Below, piece after piece: positions 51,401-62,284 of a DNA stretch of 64,000 nucleotides. The translations under genes and the position numbers were made by a program. The stretch's first letter is position 1; the number at the start of each line of letters is the position of its first letter. The DNA is taken from contig CM059432.1 of NCBI GenBank assembly GCA_030390025.1, positions 94,304,001 to 94,368,000 on the forward strand, in the 5' to 3' direction. Source of the DNA: Squalus acanthias (Eukaryota). The notes beneath the pieces are model-generated. The model ran no database searches and had not been told where the DNA came from. It saw only the letters and a program-made list of their open reading frames with translations.

Positions 51401-52436
51401 CAATTAAGGCATCTAAAGTATGTCCATTAATTGATGCTTTTGTAGCTGCATGGAATAGGTTCTGAGGACAAGCAGCTGTAATTGGTGTCGTTGCACAAAG
51501 AGTGGCTGAAACTCTAGGTGTGTTTCTTCGAGAGAAAACCCGAGAGGAAGCACGATAGATTTTAGCCGGAACATCTTGATAGGCCCTTACCGGGGCAGTT
51601 CGGTAGGACTTAGCTTGATAAGCCCTCGTAGAGGCTCTTGATAGGCAAACCTTTGCAAAATGACCCTTTTTGTTGCAATGACTGCAAAACGCATTGCGAG
51701 CAGGGCAGAATTTCCGAGGGTGAAACTCATCACCACAAAAGAAGCATTTCTTAGATTGCCAAGAGGCTGCCACAGTGGGGTCATCATCCTCTTCATCAGT
51801 GAAGTCATCAGATTGATCGTCAGGGATAAAGTCCTCCCTAATAGAGTTCACCTGTGGCCTCTTAAATTGCCTGACTGTAGTTAAGGCAGCAGACCGAGGT
51901 CTGGGCACTGTATAAAGGTCTGCATTTCTTTTTGCCAGATCTAGAGAGCAAGCCATGTCATAAGCTCTCTGAAGCTCAAGTGTCTTACTTTCCAGTAGAT
52001 GCTGGCGTATAAATGGGGAGGCAAGCCCGCAGATGAAAGCATCACGGATCATTTCTTCACGGTACAGCTCAGCTGAGGCCGCCTGAAAGTTACAGTCCAT
52101 ACTAAGTCTGCGAAGCTCTTGGAGGAATTTATCAATGGATTCCTCCGGCCCTTGTTGGGCTGTAGCTAGTAGATGTCTGGCATAGACCTCATTCGGTGTC
52201 TTAGTATATAGTCTTTTAAGCGTCCGAATTGCCTCCTCGTAACTGCCCCATTCCTCAACATACTGAAATACATTCGGAGTGACACAGTTGATGAGTATCC
52301 GCAACTTTGTGTCATCATCAGCCTTGCAATATTCGAGAAAATTGTCAAACGTGCGATACCAGTGTTTCCACACCTTACCGGCTGCTGGGGTGTTTGGTTC
52401 CAAGTCAAGACGCGATGGTTTAAGGATGTTTTCCAT
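48480..52436 (-). CDS. Gag-Pol polyprotein, 1318 aa (Gag with zinc knuckles, protease, RT, RNase H, integrase)
   Basis: Motifs CFFCGDEFHPRKFC/CSHCNKKGHFAKVC, LIDSGS, RLCIDY, LPFG, YLDN, CDAS..EKE..TDQ, HHCC, IDFKGP..SDRG..VERFN. The domain order is Gypsy-type. Confidence 0.96.
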   Translation of the reverse strand: MENILKPSRLDLEPNTPAAGKVWKHWYRTFDNFLEYCKADDDTKLRILINCVTPNVFQYVEEWGSYEEAIRTLKRLYTKTPNEVYARHLLATAQQGPEESIDKFLQELRRLSMDCNFQAASAELYREEMIRDAFICGLASPFIRQHLLESKTLELQRAYDMACSLDLAKRNADLYTVPRPRSAALTTVRQFKRPQVNSIREDFIPDDQSDDFTDEEDDDPTVAASWQSKKCFFCGDEFHPRKFCPARNAFCSHCNKKGHFAKVCLSRASTRAYQAKSYRTAPVRAYQDVPAKIYRASSRVFSRRNTPRVSATLCATTPITAACPQNLFHAATKASINGHTLDALIDSGSTDSFIREQIVAELKLHVFPSDQAIAMAQSSLNTRISGFCMVEITLNGRRYPSTRLSVLKDLCSDLILGLDFQKQHKKLTIEFGGSKPELTISNIRPRLPFCALSAASLDEPSLFTSIPPRCKPIITKSRRFSQEDQSFIAAEISRLLVEDTIEPCSSPWRAQVVIVKNPLQPHKKRLCIDYSQTINQYTDLDAYPLPRIDDMVNKLAEYTVFSTYDLKSAYHQVPLKVSDKQYTAFEANGRLYQFRRLPFGVTNGVAVFQRAMDDLVKQEDLKDTFPYLDNITVAGRNQREHDANLQRFWDALQHRNLTLNAAKSIESQPTINILGYCVGNGIIKPDPERLRPLQELPPPKNPASLRRALGLFAYYAKWIPNFSDRIQPLLKASTFPLDTAAVAAFNLLKKQLEKAALHSIDESLPFVVECDASEVAISATLNQEGRPVAFLSRTFQGAELHYPPVEKEATAIIEAVRKWTHLLARQHFTLITDQRSVAFMLDNRKRTKIKNNKIQLWRLELASFGYTIHYRPGKENVAPDTLTRAFCSAMAPSTLVDIHDGLCHPGVTRMLHFVRSRNLPFSTGDVKKMCSDCRVCAELKPQFFRPSGGILIHATQPMQRLSIDFKGPLPSSTRNTYLLTMVDEYSRFPFAFPCPNMLTTTVISCLEQVFAFCGMASYVHSDRGPSFMSGELKAYLSERGIAASRTTPYHPVGNGQVERFNAIIWNAVRLALRSRGLPNQQWEAVLPDALHSTRSLLSTATNTTPHERFFRFQRRSSYGISLPSWLTAPGPVLLRRYVRASKNDPLVDEVELTDVNPTYAYIRYPDGRESTVSLRDLAPCPPKHRGTPGDDIVPGTSLGSPGASHHDLDLTPAGTSLQRADLGQTDYEPVGARTRSHDPPRTIRSETDLPQPCPTPVRAPVHSQDRPDPPQSGLDHSDSGPRPAAGKRARGPLPLREPKRVRLSLVRRLRNGGSIPAS

Positions 52437-52514
52437 GATGGGTGATTCCCTGGATCCTTAGTTCCGAGTTCGTCCAAAAAGTTTGAGTGCGAAGTTTTTC
52501 AAAGTTGATTAAAT

Positions 52515-52708
52515 TGTCGTAAGAATGAGCCTTACGCGTGGTGAACTTAAAGTAAGCTTTAATCAACTAAAAAGGTGCTACATACAAAAGAGGTCTTACT
52601 CTATGCCTCTCCAGGATCCAACTGCTCAGTCCAGTATTTATCCTGGACTAATCACAGGAAGTGATGCAATAAAGTTCGAGTCACAGGAAGCTGTATTGTG
52701 TTACCACA
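52515..52708 (-). repeat. 5' LTR of Gypsy
   Basis: Identical by eye to 48268-48461. It contains a TATA-like GATAAATA inside a 7-bp hairpin and ATTAAA on the sense strand. Confidence 0.97.
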
Positions 52709-54206
52709 AACAACTTCTCCTTTGACTCCACTCATTTCCTCCAAATCAAAGGTGTTGCTATGGGTACCCGCATGGGTCCTAGTTATGCCTGCCTTTTCGT
52801 GGGATATGTGGAACACTCTTTGTTCCAGTCCTACTCGGGTCCCCGACCTCACCTCTTTTTCCGGTACATTGACGACTGTATCGGTGCCGTTTCCTGCTCT
52901 CGCCCTGAACTAGACAATTTCATTCACTTTGCCTCCAATTTCCACCCTTCCCTCACCTTCACATGGTCCATCTCCGACTCTTCCCTCCCCTTCCTCGACT
53001 TCTCCGTCTCCATCTCTGGGGATAGGTTATTGACCAACATTTACTACAAGCCCACTGACTCCCACAGCTACCTGGACTACACTTCCTCCCACCCCGCCTC
53101 CTGTAAGGACTCTATTCCCTTCTCCCAGTTTCTCCGTCTCCGCCGCATCTGCTCCGACGATGCCACCTTCCATACCAGTGCTTCCGACATGTCTTCCTTT
53201 TTCCTCAACCGAGGATTCCCCTCTACCGTGGTCAACACGGCCCTCGACCGTGTCCGTTCCATCTCCCGCACTTCTGCCCTCACCCCGGCCCCTCCCTCCC
53301 GGAACCACGATAGAGTTCCCCTTGTCCTCACCTTTCACCCCACCAGCATCCACATTCAACGGATCATCCTCCGCCATTTCCGCCACCTCCAACGTGATCC
53401 CACCACCAAACGTATCTTCCCCTCACCTCCCCTTTCAGCATTCCGTAGGGACCGCTCCCTCCGAGACACCCTAGTCCACTCCTCTATCACCCCCAGCACC
53501 CCTTCCCCTTCACCCGGCACCTTCCCGTGCAAGCGCAGGAGATGCAACACCTGCCCTTATACATCCCCCCTTCCCACTCTCCAGGGCCCCAAATACCCCT
53601 TCCAGGTGAAACAGTGATTTACTTGTACTTCTTGCAATCTAGTATACTGTATTCGCTGCTCACGATGTGGTCTCCTCTACATTGGGGAGACCAAACGCAG
53701 ATTGGGTGACCGCTTTGCGGAACACCTCCGTTCAGTCCGGAAGGGTGACCCCGAGCTTCCGGTCGCTTGTCATTTTAATTCACCCCTCCACGCTCACTCA
53801 GACCTCACCGTCCTCGGCCTCTTGCATTGTTCCACGGAAGCGCAGCGTAAGCTCCAGGAACAGCACCTCATCTTCCGTTTAGGCACTTTACAGCCTTCCG
53901 GACTCAATATCGAGTTCAACAATTTCTGATCATAACCCCGGCCCCTACCACATATGTATACATTTTATCCACTCTTTTGGTCCGTGCCTTTTTCCTTTTT
54001 TTCTCTCTCCCCCCCCACGGCAGCTGTCTCTGATTCTGCCAGCATTTCACACCTTACCTTTTGTTTCTCAACCTGTCCCATTACCATCTCGTCTTGCCTT
54101 GAGCATCTCTCAATTTCTCTACTCACTAAAGACCATCCCTTTTGTTCTTTTATTCCTCCCCCCAGCCTCCCCCTTGCATTTTTATCTGTTTATTTCTTGC
54201 TCTCTC

Positions 54207-54242
54207 AGTTCCGACGAAGGGTTTCGACCTGAAACGTTAACT
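54207..54242 (+). ncRNA. Minimal hammerhead ribozyme motif in Penelope 3' region (core mutated)
   Basis: Reads AGTT-CCGACGA-AGGGT-TTCG-ACCT-GAAA-CG-TT-AACT. The CUGANGA box appears as CCGACGA, with a palindromic ACGT stem III. Confidence 0.7.
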
Positions 54243-57200
54243 CTCTTTCTCTCTCCACGGATGTTGCCTGGCCTGCTGAGTTTTTCCAGCTTTTTCTGTT
54301 GTTATTTCGGATTTCCAGCATCCGCAGTATTTTGCTATCGTAAAGAGTGCGTGTGTTGGATAGTACTAGAGAAGATAGTACTAGAGGCGGTGGTAGTACC
54401 ATATTAGATAGGAGCAGACTAGAAAGACTACGAAAAATTCAAAAATGGGTTTAGAATGCATGTACGTAAACGCACAAAGTGTGGTGAATAAGGTTGGTGA
54501 GCAACAAGCACAATCAGCTGTGTGGCAATATGATGTTGTGGCAATAACGGAAACGTGGCTTAAAAACAGTGAGGACTGGGCACTTAATATTCAAGGGTAC
54601 AAGGTGTTCAGAAAAGATAGGGAAGGAAAAAAGGGAGGTGGGGTGGCAGTGCTGATTAAAGAAGACATTGTAGTGTTGGAAAGGGAGGATGATCCTGAGG
54701 GGACAAGGAAAGAATCCATTTGGTTAGAGTTGAGGAGCAAAAAGGGTATGATTACGCATATTCGGGGTCTCCAAATAGTGAGAGAGAGGTAGAGGAGCAA
54801 ATCTGCAGGGAAATCACAGAGATATGCAAGAGCTATAGAGTGGTGATATTGGGGGACTTTAATTACCCAAATATCGATTGGGATAATGCTAGGGTAAAAG
54901 GAAAGGAGGGGGAGGAATTTCTGAAATGTGTTCAGGAGAATTTCCTTGACCAATATGTTCTTGGCCTAACTAGGAAGGAGGCATTGCTGGATCTGGTGCT
55001 GGGGAATGAGGTGGGCCAGGTCGACCAAGTGTCTGTGGGAGAACACTTGGGTACGAGTGATCATCGTATCATAAGATTTAGATTAGCAATGGAGAGGAGC
55101 AAGGAGCAATCTAGAGTGGAACTTCTAAACCGGAATAGGGCTAACTTCAATGGGATGCGAAAGGATCTAACCAGGGTAAAATGGAACCAAAGACTGACAG
55201 GAAAAACTGCAACGGAACAATGGGTGATCTTTAAGGAGGAGATGTTCCAAGTACAGGCTAGGTACATTCCACCAAGAGGGAAGGGTAAGGGAACCAACGC
55301 AAGGGCTCCTTGGAATACGAGGGAGATAGAGAAGATGATGAAACAAAAAAAGAGGGTGTATGATGCATGTCAGGTGAATTCTTCAAGGGAGAACCAGACC
55401 AACTACAATAAGTTGAGAGGGAATGTGAAGATGAAAATAAGATTGGCAAAGAGAGAATATGAGAGTAGAATGGCGGTTAACATAAAAGGGAACCCAAAAA
55501 TCTTCCACCAGCATGTGAACAGTAAGCAGGAAGTAAGAGGTGGGGTGGGGCCTATCAGAGAGAAAGAGGGTGATATATGCTTAGAGGTGCAGGGCAAGGC
55601 TAGAATACTCAATGAGTACTTTGTATCGGTGTTTACTAAGGAGGTGGATGCTGACAAAATATTGGTAGAAGTGGAAAAGGTAGAAGCAATGGAAGAGGTG
55701 AAAATTGATAGACAGGATGTATTAGAAAGGCTGGGTATGCTTACAGCGGACAAGTCGCCTGGTCCAGATGGCTTGCATCCCAGGTTGCTAAGGGAATTGG
55801 GGGAGGAGATAGCGGAAGGGCTTGCCATAATTTTCCAATATTCCCTCAATGCGGGGGAGGTGCCTGAGGATTAGAAAGTGGCAAATGTGACACCATTGTT
55901 CAAGAAAGGGTGTAAGGACAATCCTTGTAACTACAGGCCGGTCAGTTTAACATCAGTGGTGGGTAAAGTTTTAGAAACAATAATCAAGGAAAAAATTAAC
56001 GGGCATTTGGAGAGGTTTAAGCTAATTAAGGAGAGCCAACATGGGTTTGTAAAAGGAAGATCGTGTTTGACTAATCGAATTGAATTTTTTGATGAAGTAA
56101 CAAAGAGGATTGATGAACGGAATGCAATGGATGTTGTCTACATAGATTTTCGGAAGGCGTTTGATAGAGTACCACATAGAAGGCCAGTTAACAAAATTGA
56201 GGCTCATGGAATAGGTGGGTCAGTGGCAGCTTGGATAAGGAATTGGCTTAAGGACAGAAAATAGCGAGTTGTGGTAAATGGCTGTTTTTCAGACTGGAGG
56301 ATGGTAGACAGTGGTGTTCCCCAAGGGTCAGTGCTGGGGCCACTGCTTTTTTTGATATATATAAATGACCTGGATATTGGAATACAGAGTAGAATTTCTA
56401 AATTTGCTGATGTCACCAAACTTGGGGGTGTGGCAAACAGTGATGATGATATCAATTGACTGCAACAGGACATAGAAAGACGAGCAGAATGGGCAGACAA
56501 GTGGCAGATGGAATTTAATACAAAGAAGTGTGAGGTGATGCATTTTGGCAGAAGGAACAGGGAGAGGCAATATACACTTAATGGCACAGTTTTAAAGAGT
56601 GTGCAGGGACAGAGGGACCTGGGAGTTAATGTGCATAGGTCCCTGAAGGTGGCAGGACATATTGAGAGAGTGGTTAACAAAGCATATGGGATCTTGGGCT
56701 TCATAAATAGAGGTATTGAGTACAAAAGTAGAGAAGTTATGCTGAACCTTAAAAAGCGCTGGTTTGGCCACAACTGGAGTATTGAGTCCAGTTCTGGTCA
56801 CCACACTTTAGGAAGGATGTGAAGGCCCTTGAGAGGGTACAGAGGAGATTTACCAGAATGGTTCCGGGGATGGTGGATCTCAGCTACAAGGACAGGTTGG
56901 AGAAGCTGGATTTGTTTTCATTAGGGCAAAGGAGTTTGAGGGGTGATTTGATAGAGGTGTACAAGATTATGATGGGTTTGGATAGGCTTGACGGGGAAAG
57001 GCTGTTCCCACTAGTTGATGGTACAAGGACTAGGAGACACAGATTTAAGGTTCTGGGCAAGAAATACAGGGGGGACGTGAGGAAAAACTCTTTTACGCAG
57101 GGAGTGGTGAGGACCTGGACCTCGCTGCTGACCGAAGTGGTGGAAGCGGAGACACTCAATGTTTTCAAGGGGAGACTGGATAGGCACTTGAGGGAAATAA

Positions 57201-57314
57201 ACTTGCAGGGCTACGGGGATAGAGCGGGGAATGGGACTGACTGGATTGCTCTACAGAGAGTCGGCACGGACTCGATGGGCCGAATGACCTCCTTCTATGC
57301 CGTTATGACTCAAA

Positions 57315-58058
57315 GGGCTAAAAATTGAGTCGCGCCCCATTTGGGGCGCTAACCTCGCCGGGGCGCTACTTTTAGCGCCCCGAAAAAATTAGCGGCCCCG
57401 CGCCGGAACTTCAGTGGTTGCGCCCCAAGAGGGAAGCGGGGCGCCACTGAAAAGCACCCCGCACCCCTCTTGGGGCGCTGCGAGGGAATATCCTGGCGCT
57501 ACGTGCCGCGGTATTGCAGGCCTTCCTCCCCTTCTTAAAGGGGAGGGACCCTGCGCAGCGCGAACCGGGGCCCAGCTGGGCCCCCAGGGATCGGGAGTGC
57601 CGGCAAAAGAGCCCGGCACTCAAGAAAAGTGCCGGACTCTTGGAGCGCAGCCGGCACTTCACGGTGGGGGGGCTTCACGGGGGCCGGGGACAGCAACGGG
57701 GGCAGGTGCTGGCAGGCGGCCAGCAACAAAAATGGCCGCCTGCCACCTCCCCTTTAAATATTGCTGCCCCGGCCGCACGTACGCCTCCCTGAACCCGTCG
57801 GACATAGCGTCTGGCGGTAAATCAGGGGGCGCGACTGAAGATCGCGGCTGGAGCGCGAGCGGGGTGCTGCGCACGGCGATGACGTCATCGCCGGCGGCGC
57901 AGCGCCACAGGGCGCTACCGGCTGGCGCCGCCGCTAACCTCCCGCTGAATTTTGCGGGAGGCGTGGGCGGCGCTGCGCCCGGGCATCAGCTGCTTTACGC
58001 CCCATTAGCGCCCTCTTAAGGCGCTAACGGGAGGCGCAAGCAGCTGAATTTTTCCCCC
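57315..58058 (+). mobile_element. Harbinger-type GC-rich MITE, family B copy 2, inserted in the CR1 tail repeat
   Basis: Termini GGGCTAAAAATTG / GAATTTTTCCCCC, homologous to 16690-17375. The flanking triplets do not match. Confidence 0.85.
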
Positions 58059-59942
58059 TATGACTCTATGTGGAATTTCATCAAACGCCTTTTGGAAGTC
58101 CATGTACACCACATCAACCGCCTTGCCCTCATCAACCCTCACTGTTACCTCATCAAAAAACTCAATCAGGTTAGTTAAACACGATTTGATTTTGACAAAT
58201 CCATGCTGACATTCCTTAATTAATCCACACTTGTCTAAGTGACTGTTCATTTTGTCCCTGATTATCGTTTCTAAAAACTTCACTACTACCGAGGTTAAAC
58301 TGACTGGTCTGTAGTTGCTGGGTTTATCCTTACACCCTTTTTTGAACAAATGTGTAACATTTGCAATTCTCCAGTCCTCTGGCACCACCCCTGTATCTGA
58401 GGAGGATTAGATTATGGCCAGTACCACCGCGATTTCCTCCTTAACTTCCCTCAGCTTCCTAGGATGCATCCCATCTGGTCCTGGTGACTTTTTATGTTGG
58501 CTGCCACTCTATTCTCATACTCTCTCTTTGACCCTCTTATTTCCTTTTTCACTTCCCCTCTGAACTTTCTATATTCAGCCTTGTTCTCACTTATATTCTC
58601 AACCTGACATCTGTCATATGCCCCCTTTTTCTGCTTCATCTTACTCTCTATCTCTTTCGTCATCCAGGGGGCTCTGACTTTGGTTGCCCTACTTTTCCCC
58701 CTCGTGGGAATGTACCTTGACTGTACCCGAACCATCTCCTCTTTAAAGGCAGCCCATTGTTCGATTACAGTTTTGCCTGCCAATCTTTGATTCCAATTTA
58801 CCCGGGCCAATTCCATTCTCAACCCATTGAAATTGGCCCTCCTCCAATTAAGTATTTTTACACTAGATTGCTCCTTGTCCTTTTCCATAGCTAATCTAAA
58901 CCGTATGAGACTATGATCACTGTTCCCTAAATGTTTTCCTACTGACACTTGCTCCACTTGACCCACCTCGTTTCCCCGAACCAGATCCAGCAATGCCTCC
59001 TTCCTCATTGGGCCGGCAACGTACTGATCAAGAAAGTTCTCCTGAACACACTAAAGAAGTTCTTCCCCCTCTCTGCCCTTTACACTATTACTATCCCAGT
59101 CTATATTAGGATAGTTGAAGTCCCCCATTATCACTACTCTATAGTTTTGGCACCTCTCTGTAATTTCCCTGTAAATTTGCTTCTCTATATCCTTCCCACT
59201 AGTTGGTGGCCTATAGAATACACCTAGTAGTGTAATGGCACATCTATTGTTTCTTAACTCTAACCAAACAGATTCTGTCCTTGACCACTCCAGGACATCC
59301 TCTCTCTCCAGCACTGTAATATTCTCCTTAATCAATATTGCCACCCCACCTCCTTTCTTTCCTTTCCTATCTTTCCTGAACACCTTATATTCAGGAATAT
59401 TTAGTACCCAATCCGGCCCTTTTTGGAACTATTTGGAATTTTTAAATTAAAATTGATACAATGGTTACTTTTAAGCATTTCTTTTACTTCAGAATCAATA
59501 GATTTTCAATTTAAAAAAAAAATTAAAAAGTGACTTTTTGATTTCAACAGAGCAACCAGACCACCGCTTGCCCAAAAGTTACTTCAATAGTCACACTCCC
59601 ACATCTAACATCTAAACAGTTTACAGAGACACTGTACACCATCTGACTTCTCCCCGTTTACAGAGACGCTGGGCCCGAAAGTCTGTGGGCAGTTATGCTG
59701 GGATTGGTGCCCGCTGGTGCTCTCCTGCGCTGACCCCACTGGAGGATGCGGGGTCAGTGGGATGGCACCTCATTTGTACGGGGACAGTAGGTACTTGTAG
59801 CATTACTGGTCCAACTCAGGCACCTGCTAGCATCACACTGCTTGAAACTGCAGCACTGGCCGTCTATCCTGGTGACTGCCTGCTGAACAGCTCTGTTGAT
59901 TCCTATTTGGGAATATGCTTATTGGGGTGAAGCCCAGAAAAG

Positions 59943-60128
59943 GAGGTAGATTTTTGTCTTCACCTCCTGGGCAGTAATCTGGCAGAGTAGGTCACCCACC
60001 CATTATAGCATGTGTCCGATTTTAATTCCCTTCATTTCAGTTGAATGAAAATCAGGCACGTTCTACACTGGACTGGCGAGTGGCTCCACCAGATTACCGC
60101 CCAGGCAGTGAAGACAAAAATCTACCCC
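59943..60128. mobile_element. Small Harbinger-type MITE
   Basis: About 40-bp imperfect TIRs GAGGTAGATTTTTGTCTTCAC / GTGAAGACAAAAATCTACCCC with TSD AAG. Confidence 0.85.
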
Positions 60129-60425
60129 AAGGATTAATGAGATTACTACAGGCTGATATAAAGAGAATTGTAAAAGGTTACCTGGAACTCTGTACAATCT
60201 ATCCAATGTCAGTCAAAGCCATACACATAAACTAGCACAGTACAGCTGTTAAGGCAGCAAACTAACCATTTCACCAGTTTAAACATTATCTGCTATATTT
60301 TCCTTCACTTTATACTCATGCTGACTTTTTCACTAAGATTAGGCAGCAGAGGAAAGTATAGTTCTTTGAAGTTCCAAATATGCTTACCTGCATGTACTTC
60401 TTCCTCCCTGAAATTCAGATTCATT

Positions 60426-60564
60426 GGAGTAGATTTTGACTTTGTGCGATCGTGTAAAATGGCCGATAGCATACCGGCAGCCCCTTTTACATCTCTCCCA
60501 ATTTTTATTTCCATTGAAGTTAATCACCCATTTTACACGATCGCACAAAGTCAAAATCTACCCC
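60426..60564. mobile_element. Small Harbinger-type MITE (139 bp)
   Basis: 37-bp near-perfect TIRs GGAGTAGATTTTGACTTTGTGCGATCGTGTAAAATGG with TSD ATT. Confidence 0.9.
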
Positions 60565-60586
60565 ATTGTCCTCTTTGCTGCTTATT

Positions 60587-62284
60587 GGGGGTCATTTTCA
60601 CCCCCAAAAACGGGTGGGTTTGGGTCGGTTGGGAAGTTAAAATGTTAAAAATCTGAAACAGGAAGCAAACCCGCCTTGAACCCACCCACTTCCAGTTTTA
60701 ACAGAGACGGGACAAGGGGCAAGTGACCAATCTCCTCTCAGGAGGCGGGTTGGTCATTGAAACCTTTTAAAGAGGCTATGGGGTAAAAATTCACTTGGTT
60801 GCGCCACCCGTTAGCGCCTTAAGAGGGCGCTAATGGGGCGCAAAGCCGCTAACGCCCGGGCGCAGCGATGTTTGCGCCGCTCGAGAACTTAACTTGAGAT
60901 TGTGCGGCGGCGCTAAAACTTACCGCTGCGACCACCTGCGCGCGCAGATTGTGACGTCATTCCATGGTGCAACGCCCTTGGGGCGCCCCGTAGCGGAAAT
61001 TGAGTGGCGCCCCCTGCCTTACCGCCTGGCGCTTCCAACGACCAGAAGACTGGAACGCTATCAATCGCTGTGGGGCTGGGGGGGGCGCTATTTAAAGGGG
61101 GCCTCTTCCTGTCTTTTATTGTTGGTGGCATTTTTGAACTACGAATTCTGAGAGAGAGAGGGAGAGACTTCTGGAGAGATTCAACGTTGTGTGAAGGAGT
61201 TTTGGGTACTGAGCAGCACTTTGCAGGTTCATTTTGATTTGCCATTCCTTGTATCGATTTAGCAGAGACCGTGGGAGCTGCACTCTGAGCTCTTTGCCTG
61301 GTGCTCTCCATTGTTCTTTCCAGCACATTTGATGTGCAAGTCTCTCCAGGCCGAGATTCAAGGCAGCAATGAACAGGATGTGGATGGAAAGCAAGATTAA
61401 CCATCCCCTTTAAGAACTGGCCCGTGCCATTGTGTGTGTGTTCCATTGCTGACTGACATTACATGAGCTTCGCCAGCGCTCCGAGTTAGCGCCTCACTGC
61501 TCGGCCTTTGCGCCTTAAGAGAGGTGTGCAGCGCCTGATTTAGCGCTCCACTCACCTCCCGGGGCGGTAAAAGTGAAGTTTCCCGTCAGTGCCGATAATT
61601 AGCGCCAGGCGCTAATATTTGCGTCCGGACGATATTTGCGCCCCAAATGGGGCGCGACCTAATTTCTACCCCTATGTGTCTTCATTTTATCAGGGTTTCT
61701 ATTTTTAACACATGTCGGCCGGGTTTCCCAGGTCTCGGGAAACCCGGCAGGTAAAAGGAGATGAGAAGGGCTGGATCCATCAGGTAAGTGCCTTTACAGC
61801 ACTGCTTGTGGGCCAGGAGTGTATCCTCCAGGCCCAACAAGCTTACCTGTAATCCCCCTTCCCCCCAACCTCCATGATCTCCCCACGACACACGCCCCCC
61901 CAATCACCGACCCCCCCATCACCAACTCCCGATCTCCCCCACGATCTTCCCCGCTTCCGAGCGATCACCCCAACTCTCCCAACCATGCTCTACCCAACCC
62001 CCACAGCCCCCCCCACACCCCCCCCTCCACCACCACGATCTCTACCCCCAGCAACCACCTGCTCGCTCCTGGGCTGCAGCCTTTTTGGGAGCGTTCACCG
62101 CTCGACCAGCAGCCAAGCCTGTCAGTTAGGTTGGCCTCCAGGTGGGGATTCTGCTTAACAAAAAACATGCACACCATGGAGTTAAAACTCCATGGTGTTT
62201 GGGGAAACCCGGCCTTCCAGGTTTCCCGATCATTAATCCTCCCCCACCCGCTCCAAAACTCCACCCCAGTAAATATCGGTACCA
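60587..62284 (+). mobile_element. Harbinger-type MITE, family C copy 2, hosting a family A copy
   Basis: Homologous to the reverse complement of 23013-24055, with a C-rich core and ATT flanks. Confidence 0.7.
60780..61672 (-). mobile_element. Harbinger-type MITE, family A copy 3 (more diverged)
   Basis: TIRs GGGGTAAAAATT / AATTTCTACCCC with TSD TAT. Confidence 0.9.

Larger units (their letters stand above)
48268..52708 (-). mobile_element. Intact Ty3/Gypsy LTR retrotransposon (4441 bp)
   Basis: Two 194-bp TG...CA LTRs, a 5-bp TSD AACAA (48263-48267 and 52709-52713), a polypurine tract next to the 3' LTR (48462-48473) and a single long ORF. Confidence 0.97.
47191..54336 (+). mobile_element. 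Penelope-like element (RT + GIY-YIG endonuclease), 5'-truncated, interrupted by Gypsy
   Basis: Motifs KPADKGGAVV, YLLPKIHK, PGRPIVS, TMDVQSLYTSI, LTLNN|FSF (in frame once the Gypsy is removed), GVAMGTRMGPSYA, RYIDD and LVYCIRCSRCGLLYIGET. There is a premature stop at 53615-53617, and the ORF ends at 53929. Confidence 0.93.
45919..58066 (+). mobile_element. Apparently full-length CR1 LINE (5' UTR, ORF1, ORF2, tail) interrupted by Penelope/Gypsy and a MITE
   Basis: The 5' UTR has two copies of a 60-bp unit at an 80-bp period. ORF1 runs from about 46220 (CRKC, coiled coil, HIGTND, DGLH) to a stop at 47137. ORF2 pieces span 54445..57328, and the tail is (TATGACTC)n. Confidence 0.88.
44842..59420 (-). 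mobile_element. CR1 LINE split into two pieces (44842-45918 and 58067-59420) by a 12-kb nested insertion
   Basis: GCAAGCTTATTATG (ends 45918) continues as TATGTGGAATTTCATCAAACGCC (58067), colinear with the uninterrupted paralogue at about 28895-28930. Internal deletions lie near 44950 and 58490. Confidence 0.85.

Noticed and set aside
60389..60408. Possible 20-nt micro-exon (AG|GGAGGAAGAAGTACATGCAG|GTAAGC) in a phase compatible with the L3MBTL exon
   Set aside because: There is no polypyrimidine tract, MITEs are inserted immediately upstream, and I recognise no homology. It needs RNA evidence.
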